Part shown: one piece after another, positions 53,201 through 61,470 of the stretch | How positions within the stretch are numbered: the first letter of the stretch is position 1 | Layout: each line of letters opens with the position of its first letter | NCBI GenBank assembly: GCA_977017645.1 | Contig: OZ360243.1 | Coordinates: 44,206,001-44,270,000 of the forward strand | Origin: Torpedo marmorata | Lineage: Eukaryota | Direction: 5' to 3' | DNA length: 64,000 bases | Translations under genes and position numbers: made by a program | The notes under the pieces: model-generated | Seen by the model: the letters and a program-made list of their open reading frames with translations, nothing else | Database searches by the model: none | Told to the model about the DNA's origin: nothing

Positions 53201-53608
53201 AGATGGCCGCTCCCGTAGATCGCACGTGTCGCTGCTGCTCGCGCTGCAAGATGGCGGCGGTAGTAAGGCCGGAAGTACAGACGCGGACGGTGGCGCCGGA
53301 AGTGCCAGCATCAAAGATGGCCGCCTCCACTCTTCGCACGAGGTCGACACCGGAAGTGCCCACATCAAAGATGGCCGCCCCCGCAGCTCGCACGCGGCGC
53401 TGCTCGGACCCGGGCGCGACTTGGAGCGGCAGGCCTTCACATAATGGCCTTTCTTGCCGCAGCCGGAACAAGTCGCGTCGCGGGCTGGGCAGCGTTTTCT
53501 CGGGTGCTTATCGAGCCCGCAGAAGTAACACTTCTCGGGCTCGCGGTTTGACGGCAGCGGCGGTGAGGATCGCGGTAGCGATCGGATCACTACGGACGGC
53601 GGCGGCAA
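50297..53608 (-). CDS. Gypsy polyprotein: two CCHC knuckles, protease, RT, RNase H and integrase (1103-aa open frame)
   Basis: CYFCGLDKHPRKRC, CSGCGKKGHYVKAC, LFDTGS, YLDD, ESDAS, H..LCH...CRVC, IDFKGP and HSDRG. No internal stops and no chromodomain. Confidence 0.93.
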   Translation of the reverse strand: MPPPSVVIRSLPRSSPPLPSNREPEKCYFCGLDKHPRKRCPARDATCSGCGKKGHYVKACRSKSRPGPSSAACELRGRPSLMWALPVSTSCEEWRRPSLMLALPAPPSASVLPALLPPPSCSASSSDTCDLRERPSLTTAEDQDDYISTLASVTLDQSVPHQLSRSMMDILVEGHKTTCLFDTGSTESFIHPDTVQRCGLTTIPVSQRVAMASGAHTTDIRGACVANIVVQGTEYRQFSLFIMNRLCAPVLLGLDFQSHLRSVTMRYDGPHPAITVVNHQFLNNTPQTTCGLSTLKISPPSLFANLTPDCKPVATKSRRYSSGDRAFIKMEVQRLLQEGIIERSNSPWRAQVVVVKGAKSRMVVDYSQTINRFTQLDAYPLPRIADIVNQIAQYRVFSTIDLKSAYHQLPIRREDRQYTAFEADGRLFHFLRVPFGVTNGVSVFQREMDRIVDHYKLKATFPYLDDITICGLDRQDHDNNLRRFLQAAKALNLTYNKEKCVFGTTRLAILGYVVENGVIGPDPDCMRPLLELPLPSTPKALKRCLGFFSYYAQWVPNYADKARPLVKSTAFPLDSEACKAFDLIKGDIARATMHAVDEEIPFQVESDASDFALAATLNQAGRPVAFFSRTLQGPDILHSAVEKEAQAIVEAIRHWRHYLASKHFTLLTDQRSVAFMFNNQQRGKIKNDKIMRWRIELSTYNYDILYRPGKLNEPSDALSRGSCASAQIDRLHALHNALCHPGITRLFHFVKSQNLPYSLEEVRTLIRSCRVCAECKPQFYHPDRAQLIKATRPFERLSIDFKGPLPSTNRNVYFLNIIDEYSRFPFAIPCPDTSATSTIKALHQVFTLFGFPNYIHSDRGAAFMSEELRRYLQARGIATSRTTGYKPRGNGQVERENATVWKAALLALKSKGWPVSRWQEVLPKALHSIRSLLCTSTNATPHERFFSFPRKSTTGTALPAWLTSPGPVLLRNHLRSSKYEPAVQRVQLAHANPQYAYVVFPDGREDTVSIRDLAPAGAPAEHSDGQDHLLQNPSNYHLLQNPSNPNSPPSVPDPAPSPGPQTFQEARQEATAQTTLPSPPSPQPAPPLRRSQRQIRPPDCLDL

Positions 53609-54200
53609 TCAGCTCGTTGGCAGGGCTGGGGGATGGGGATGACCACGCTGCGGGTTGGGGGTCGCGTACCTGCATGGCATCGGAGTTCCGCAGCGCGGAC
53701 TCCAGCGTGTGGACCATCGCTACCGCCCCATGAAAGTCCAGGTCGGCGTGCTCCAACAGTCTCTGGCGCACATATACCGACCTGATCCCCATGATGAATG
53801 CATCTCTCTCCACCACTCCAACGTGTTCCTCAGCCGTTAGGGCTTTACAGTCGCACGCTCGAGCCAGCGACTGTATGTCCCTGACGTACTCCACGGTCGA
53901 CTCCCCGGCTCGCTGCTTTCGCGAAAAGAGTCGGTACCTCGCGTAGACCGCGTTGACAGGCGACAAGTAAATCTTTTTCAACGCATCCATGGCCTCCGTG
54001 TAGGTTCTACAGTCTCTCACTGTTGTGAAAACCCGAGAGCTCACCCTGGAGATGAGGACTCTCAGTTGCTGCTCCTCACTTTCGGCTTGGACGGTGATCA
54101 TAAAAGATTCTAGACATCGCAGCCAGTGTTCGAAGGAGTTACTGGCATCAGGAGCTAGGTGATCGATGTCCAGGCGGTCCGGTCTTAGTGCTCCTTCCAT
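53508..54200 (-). CDS. Gag capsid region of the nested Gypsy element
   Basis: ATG 24 nt after the 5' LTR; YARYRLFSRKQRAGESTVEY..DI..LARAC and RDAFIMGI gag motifs. The frame shifts just before the knuckles. Confidence 0.88.
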   Translation of the reverse strand: MEGALRPDRLDIDHLAPDASNSFEHWLRCLESFMITVQAESEEQQLRVLISRVSSRVFTTVRDCRTYTEAMDALKKIYLSPVNAVYARYRLFSRKQRAGESTVEYVRDIQSLARACDCKALTAEEHVGVVERDAFIMGIRSVYVRQRLLEHADLDFHGAVAMVHTLESALRNSDAMQVRDPQPAAWSSPSPSPANELIAAAVRSDPIATAILTAAAVKPRAREVLLLRAR

Positions 54201-54224
54201 CAGATTTTACTAAGGTAATAAAAT

Positions 54225-54475
54225 TGATAGGCCTATCAATAAACACACGAAGGCTATGAGCGTGAGTGAATCATAGGCTTTTATTACCTTAGAACTAAGC
54301 AGTACTTTCCAGCAGCTCTGACCCGGACTGGAGGAGTGGCCGTGATACAGTGGCCTTTATTCAGGTGAGGAAAGGGGAGGGATTACCTGGACACCCAAGG
54401 GAGGGGAGGGAGTAGACATCGGGACAGCCTGCAGTACATACCTGCACCACAATACACAAACAGTGGTTTACCACA
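54225..54475 (-). repeat. 5' LTR (251 bp) of the nested Gypsy element
   Basis: Direct repeat of 49937-50187. Confidence 0.94.
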
Positions 54476-55658
54476 GGAACGTCATCAGAGAAGAAAAACA
54501 AGTATTTGTAAGCATAAACAGTTATTGTCTCTCTCCAACGTTCATTCAGAAGTACTTCTACCAGACACAGAGCTGAATTTGAAACATGAACTTAGAGAGT
54601 GAATTTTGTGGACTGTATTGTTCTTTTTTTTGACTGACTTGTTTTTTATGACTGACCTGGGGTTTTTGGGGAAAGTTTTTCCATTTTTACATAAGGGTTG
54701 GGCACAGACTGTAATGGTCTTGGCTTTACACACACACACACCTTTTAGATAAGAATAGTGTTTATAGACGTTTATAGTGGGGTTAATTGTTGTGAAATTA
54801 TATGTTTAATTGTCTTTAATAAATATAAATTTCAATTTTACCCCTTTTGCATTGCGTCTTCTGTCGTTGCTGGTTTGATTTTGTAACAAAATACATAAGG
54901 AGACTTTTTTTCTTGTACAGGCAGAACATCCCCTCCCCCAACTAGTGAGATGAACTGCACTGAATTCCAAATTAAATTACTTTTATGTATTACAAAGTTG
55001 GAGCTGGACTCTTGGAGGATGATATACCAAGAAGATAAAATGTTCAAGACATAATAAAGTAAACTGTTTTTCAATAAGAGATATAACTGAAGAATCTCAC
55101 ATTGTGGGTAATTTGAACTCATCCCGAGTCACACTGTGAAGATAGCTGCAGGTATAAATACAACAGGTTTAAAACACCACACATGATTTTCCTTTTATTT
55201 ATATTGCCCCTCCAACATCATTGGGGTGGGGAGAGGTTCTCCCAAATCCTTCCAGCAAATAGTCTAACATTTAATAATAATATGTTTTAAAGTGCACCTG
55301 CCACATGACAAATATTCTGCCGTGTTTAATGATCCTTGATGATCGCTGTGTGGCATGTCCCTTTTTAAATTCAAATCCACAAACAAACATTGTGTTGTCC
55401 TGTTGTTATCAAACCAAAAAAAGAAAATCAAACAAAATTGGTGTTGCTTGGGGAGGAGACACTTGATAGTACTCTAAATTAATAAAGCGATTTAAAAAGT
55501 TAACAAATTAAATACAGTGTAATATTATTTACATCATTCAGTTGCAGAAAGAGCTGCCCCATCCAGAGGGCATTAAGGTAAGGGCTTAGCCACAGAAGAG
55601 TGGCAGACCATAAGTGATTGTACACAAACTGTACCTTGTCATCCGCTGTTATAGATAA

Positions 55659-56256
55659 CACTGCTTCCTGGAGAAAAATGGGGATTATGATAGACAACTT
55701 CAAGCTAAAAACAAAGATAATTTCAGATTTCCTGTATCATGTAGGAAGTTGGAGAAACATTAAATTAATGTTATTTGAATTTAGCATGTTTAATCACTTA
55801 ATGATGCTGACACATTGCGTTAGTTCAAGTGATCTAAAAATGTTTTGCCGCTGATTTTCGTTTGTACTCAGCATCGGATGCCTCTCGTGTCAGTGTCCAA
55901 CAATAGTCAGCCAGCATTGATGGATTCCAGTTGCCCTGATACCGCTTTTCCATGGTCGCAATGTCCTGGTGAAACTTTTCACCATGTTCGTCACTGTCAC
56001 TGACTGCACCAAGATCAGCAGGGAAGAAGTCCAAGTGCGAATGCAAACAATGAATTTTCAATGACATGTTGCACTTCATGGTTTTGTATGCTTAAAGTAG
56101 ACTTAAAATATGACAGGAAATCACAAAAGTAGGTTATATCTAAAAAAAACGGTACGTGATAGGAACATAATTAAGGTGATTTTCGTGATCAGAAGCCCAA
56201 AATCCATAAAAATACACCAAAAAGTGCTCAGGAAGCAAAATCTTTGTTGTCCAGTG
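55659..56256 (-). mobile_element. Chapaev3-like (CMC superfamily) DNA transposon, internal-deletion derivative keeping the transposase C-terminus
   Basis: CACTG...CAGTG termini with TAA and TTA flanks. MSLKIHCLHSHLDFFP...SDEHGEKFHQDI...LADYCWTL at 55834-56079. Confidence 0.78.
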
Positions 56257-57015
56257 TTATTTGATTCATCCTGCCAACAGAGAGGAAACTAGCTCAATCA
56301 TTCAGTTTAGAATCCTTCAAATTATAATGGGCCTTTCAATTTTTCCTAATTAAATATTACCATTTTTATGGCATTATACAATGGAATCTATCAATTATGT
56401 TATCGTCTACTATTTGACTTAAGTCCCAAGGGAAAAATTAATAACGTTCCAGTGGCTAGAGTTATCAGAGGGCATTGAACTGAGTATTTTTTATGCTTGT
56501 TACTGAGCCAAATTAATAACTGTAAACACATTTAGTTTGTGGGCAGCCCTTATTTCTTCAGTTAATTAAATGGCTGTAGAAAACATGTTATTATCGTGAT
56601 GCCTTCAGCTATTTTGTCTAGAAATTGTGCATGCGATCTTAACTGTATGAAACTCCACTGAAAATATATTTTTAAATGAAGGGAAAAATGAAGTTCAGTC
56701 ATTGCAGCCAATTTGCCATTTCTCCATTATTGATGCTTTTCTAATTTCCAGTCGATAGATTCCCTTTACAAATAATAACATAGAAGCAAGCCATTTTGTC
56801 AACTTCCACGGGAGCAATATCATTTAACCCACTTCCTGCTCTTTATTTCCCTGTGTCTCTTCAACCTACTTTCTTCACATGTCCATCCACTCTTCTTTGA
56901 TTGTTTTTACACACAACTGGTGATTTATGGTAGCTAATTAACATCCCACCATGTCTTTGGGATTTGGAAAAAATACAGAGCATTAGGAGGAAACTGATGC
57001 AGTCACAGAGAGAAA

Positions 57016-57600
57016 AAGTTCAAAGTTCAGATTTATTGTCAGAGTACATACATGACATTACATACAACCCTGAGATTCTTTTTCCTGCAGGCTAGGCAGA
57101 ATTTGCACTTATCAGTAGTGCAAAACACTACTCAAGAAAAGATACATATACAAAAGAGAGAAATGTAAACAAAGAAAGAAATGTAAACAAACTGACTGTA
57201 CAATACAGAAAAAACAATAAAATAATAAATAATATGCAAAATAAGAGTCCATAAACAAGTCTCTGATTAAGTTTGTTGTTTAGCCGTTGGTGGAAGGGTA
57301 GCAACTGTTCCTGAACCTTGTGGTATGAGTCTTGTGGCACCTATACCTCTTTCCTGATGGCAGCAGCAAGAACAGAGCATGTCCTGGGTGGTGTGGATCC
57401 TTGATGATTGCTGCTGCTCTGCGATGGCAGAGTACCACGTAGATTTTCTCGATGGTGGGGAGGGTTTTGCCTGTGATGTACTGGGCTGTGTCCACTACGT
57501 TTTGTAGGGCTTTCCGCTCAGAGGTATTGGTGCCCCCATACGAGGCCATGATGCAGCTGGTCACAACACTTTCCACGACACATCTGTAGAAGTTTTCCAA
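57016..57600 (-). mobile_element. Rex1/Babar-like LINE 3' fragment
   Basis: ORF 57280-57648 contains FYRCVVES...DPHHPGH...PSGKRYR. Tail AAAGTTCAAAGTTCAGATTTATT on the plus strand. Confidence 0.8.
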
Positions 57601-59788
57601 ACCTCTGCAAACTCCACACTGACAGCACCATAGGTCAAGAATGAACATGGGTCCTTGAAGCTTTGAGGCAACAGCGCCTAATGCTGTGCCATCACACCAA
57701 CCTTAAAGATTTTCAAGAACATTTTTGAAGTTAAGCATCGTTTCAGTTTTGCTTGCACCTTCTAATTGAATTTTTGGAGTGATTCATTTATTTTTATATG
57801 CTTTTCATGCACCATTCTTTCTGCTGAAAACAAAAACAGATTTGTAATGATGCCGATTTTTACACTTCCAGAATACCTAGAATATGCGGCCTACCTTAGA
57901 ACATAATAAAATTCACAGATTCACAAGGAACTCAAAAATGTAATGCTCACGTTTCTTAGTTTAATCCTCATAACTCTTTGGAGGAGTCAAGTGGAATTTT
58001 TCAGGATCAGAATTCATCCAATGAATAAACCAGAAGGCCAAAACGGCATGTAGCAGGAGAATGATGAATGTTAAAGCAGCAACAAGAATATTTGGAATGC
58101 AATGGTTTCTATAGAAACAGGCCAGTGAAATAATTGCTTGTGAAGTTGAGAGCAAGACATAGACCAGCTGTGGTAACAATTCTGGTGTGATGAAAATGTC
58201 ACACAACCATTTTCATGTCGATTTCAAATCAAAACCAAATTGGTTCATTGTAATTCTACTGTCTCTTCACAGGAAACAGGTTGATGTACTGGTAATTTAA
58301 AGTGTGAAATCTCTGATCAATTGTATTATAACTAGAGAAATTCTGATCTGTACTCAAGCTTCCAAAGAGTTTTGTACCACAGCCTGCCCCTTAACTCTAA
58401 AGGAATGGAAATTCAAAGTATTTTCTTTACTGAATCATAACTTTATGGAAGCAGTATTTGATTTTTTTTTATTTCCCAAAGCATATATAATATTAAATTT
58501 GAAAAGGAAGATCAGAGCTGGAATTTCCTCAAATTTCCTCAAAATGCATCATAAGCAGAATAGTAGCAAAATATTTAGTTTCTATTGTCAGCAGATACCT
58601 CCACTGAAATTCCCTAAGATTTTAGTTACTCATTATGGACTATACATTGGCTTTTATTAATAGTCATCAATCAGGAAAACCCTTCATGTCGAGAATATTA
58701 AATGAAAATTACTTAAAACCATCAAATTAAAATTTATGAATATCAAATGCAACATATTAAAGAAAACACAGCTGTGAAACCTTTTCTATATTTAAGATAA
58801 TTAATCTATTTTTATGAATTTTGACACTATTTTATAAAACCATGATTGTGTGTCAAAATGCAGAAAATAGCGTTTAGAATGAAAAAAAGAATTAGAGTTA
58901 ACACAAAACACAAAAGCACAAAATAACAGAGCCATAAAATTTTCATAATTACTTACGTCTGTTCAAAATAATTTTATCTGCAGGGAATCCTTTCACTAGT
59001 CTTCTGAATGGGGACAGGGTTCTGTTAATATTTTTGATGGAAGCTTCTCTGAATTGACACACAAATAATATGAGGAAATTCAAGATTAATTTTAAAATAG
59101 GAGTATGTCACATAATCAAATATTTTTTTGCTAAAACTGATATAATTTTGTATTTCAACAACATCAACCAAAAACGAACACAATAGTTGCTAGAAAATTG
59201 TCCATACCAGGAATTATGAAAGAACTAAACCTTAAATGGCATGATGATCTCGATGTAGATAAAATGTTCAATATGCTGGTAAATACCACAAGTGAATTTG
59301 TAATAAAGAAGAAAATATATCAGAAAACTCTCAGCACTTGAAGACCAGATATAAAACATAAGCTGAAAGGATATTTTCAAGGGATCTCACAAACCCCAAG
59401 AGTACTTTGCCAATACAGACAAGTTAAGTCAAGTGTGACAGAACTTTAATGATCCATGAGAGATTAAATTTCAAACATTTTATAATGATCCCTCTGAGGA
59501 CATTGCTTGTTCTTTCCATTAGTCTGTTTAGTTATGATTAGATTAAGATGGAGTTAGGCATTTGTTGGATGTAGCTAGGCTTTTCCACTTCAATAATAAC
59601 AAAAGCAATATCTTAGGAGTTCATTAAATATTTCTGTACTGATATCAGCAATAATAATTTCTAGGCTAAAATTCATTAGAGTTTACCTTTCTTCTGTGTG
59701 TCATGTGTGTTGAAGTGGGATACAGCAGATAAAATTTTTATTATTGTTGATTCTGCTAATACAGAGTGGCTTGGGAAACACGTTTGTT

Positions 59789-60100
59789 CAGCATGGTTAG
59801 CATAGCGGTTAGCGCAACATTATTACTTGCCTCTTCTTGTCTCCTAATTAAGAGTCAAAACACTAGTTTTAACCTTTACAATTACCGCGCCAGTGACCCG
59901 GGTTTGAATCCTGCGCTGTCAGTAAGGAGTTTGTACGTTCTCCCAGTGTCTGCATGAGTTTCCTCCGGGTGCTCCGGTTTCCTCCCACCCTTTAAAAAAA
60001 CGTACCAGGGTTGTAGGTTAATTGGGGTATTTGGGCGGCACAGGCTTGTGGGCTGTAAGGGCCTGTTACCGTGCTGTATGTCTAAATTTAATTTAAATTT
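59789..60100 (+). mobile_element. tRNA-derived V-SINE/HE1-like SINE with a short insertion between the A and B boxes
   Basis: A box TAGCATAGCGG, B box GGTTTGAATCC, V-domain-like core and (AAATTT)-like tail. Confidence 0.8.
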
Positions 60101-60162
60101 ATGTTCTTTTTATTACTAAGCACTATCCTAAGAATATTTTCTGTAGTAACAGTGTTATGAAG

Positions 60163-60495
60163 GTAAACAAATAAACCCACAGCTGCTGGAATCTGAAACA
60201 AAAGCAGAAAATTCCGGGAGAAGTCAGCCACAGTCGATGCTGTTTGACTGGCTGAGTTCATTCAGCATTTTCTGTTTTTGTAAGCATTATTCAGATGTTC
60301 TACTGCATTTAATTTTTTGTCATTAAACAACTCATCGTATCACAGACAGTCTTTCTGTTTCCTTCACCCTCCATCTCTGTGCCTCTTAAGACATACTTAT
60401 TTCTTCATTTCTCCAATTCTGATGATAAATCCTTGACCTGTTTCTTTCTAAATGGCTTGAACTACTGAGTGCATCTATTATTTTCTGTTTCAATT
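60163..60495. repeat. Degraded Penelope-terminus-like palindromic repeats
   Basis: ACAAAAGCAGAAAAT...AGTCAGCCA and TGGCTGAGTT...ATTTTCTGTTTTTGT form imperfect inverted arms similar to 34025-34113. Confidence 0.5.
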
Positions 60496-61470
60496 CAATT
60501 TCCTGTTAGGTTTCTTTAAATGACACATCATCACAACAGAAAGAATAACACCCTAACAAAAAAAAAAATCCATATGTGTGCAACTCAGCGAGCCACCTGA
60601 AAAATATAATAGTTTGCGTTAAAAATTATGAAAGTGTGATAATAAAATTAAATGAAATTTGTCATGTTAAAACAGCAATGTTTCAAAGAAATGCCTTAAA
60701 GGCCTTTGAAAATGAAATTGGATGACAATATTGTCCCAATATTTTTGCATTTTTTCTCCAACAGAAGTTGTATTGGAATGGAATTGGAAGAATTAGTTTC
60801 ATTTAGAATGATATGTTCATTGTCCCAACACCATTTGGATAACTTTTACATTTTCTTTCACACATGTGAAGTCCTCCCTGTTCTGACTACAGGCTCTCAT
60901 ATTTGGAAAGGGAATGGTTGCATTTCTCATGCACTGCATGATCTTGCGTCATGTCGTTCTCATAAGTGAGGAATGTTGTAAAGCTGACAACGAATTTAAT
61001 AAATTTGCTGAGTTCAAATCCTTTTGTTTATCTTTCATCTGGAGGAGTCATATTGTCTCATATGCATCCTTAGATCTATTTTACTTCATTAAAATAGCAT
61101 TATTCTTTCTAAATGAAATGAAAACAAATGATGCAGAAAGAAAGCTGTCAGCATCTCCTAAAAGTCAAGGCATCTTTCTGGGGGACAGGTCATATAAGCT
61201 TTTTATTAATGACATTTAATATATCGTTGAATAAAATATATTATTCACTGCAGATGACAATTGCAATCAAATAAAGCTAAAAACCAATATTTTTAAAGAT
61301 AAATTCAAAATTCCTAAATGTTCACAAAAATGTTAAAATACATATAAAAATGTTCATAAGTCTTGAAGTTAGGTGGTAATTAAAATGATGCATAAATCGG
61401 TATGGTAATAATAAAATAGAGGTCCTTAAGATAATTTAAGCAATTGTTTTCTCAACTTATGCTTTAATTA

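Larger units (their letters stand above)
49937..54475 (-). mobile_element. Young full-length Gypsy LTR retrotransposon (4539 bp) with no tRNA PBS
   Basis: 5-bp TSD GGAAC (49932-49936 and 54476-54480), two 251-bp LTRs with 4 differences seen by eye, PPT AAAAAGGAGGGG, and gag plus pol. Confidence 0.96.
42033..54888 (+). mobile_element. Gmr1-type Gypsy LTR retrotransposon (gag-PR-IN-[RT deleted]-RNase H); both LTRs carry nested insertions
   Basis: Two LTRs of about 860 bp (TGTTATGG...TGTAACA), a tRNA-Pro PBS, a PPT at 49473-49484, and integrase upstream of RT/RNase H. Confidence 0.93.
49485..54888 (+). repeat. 3' LTR of the Gmr1-type element, interrupted by a nested Gypsy element at 49937-54475
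   Basis: Follows the PPT; matches the 5' LTR on both sides of the insertion. Confidence 0.92.

Noticed and set aside
53164-53733. 189-aa antisense ORF as a real protein
   Set aside because: It is a GC-rich shadow frame of gag-pol, and its KMAA repeats are better explained by the YY1-like DNA motifs.
55635-55667. Candidate 33-nt minus-strand exon (EAVLSITADDK)
   Set aside because: Its acceptor and first codons come from the Chapaev3-like terminus, and there is no independent support.
59789-59915. tRNA gene
   Set aside because: The A and B boxes are followed by a SINE core and tail, and no complete cloverleaf is evident.
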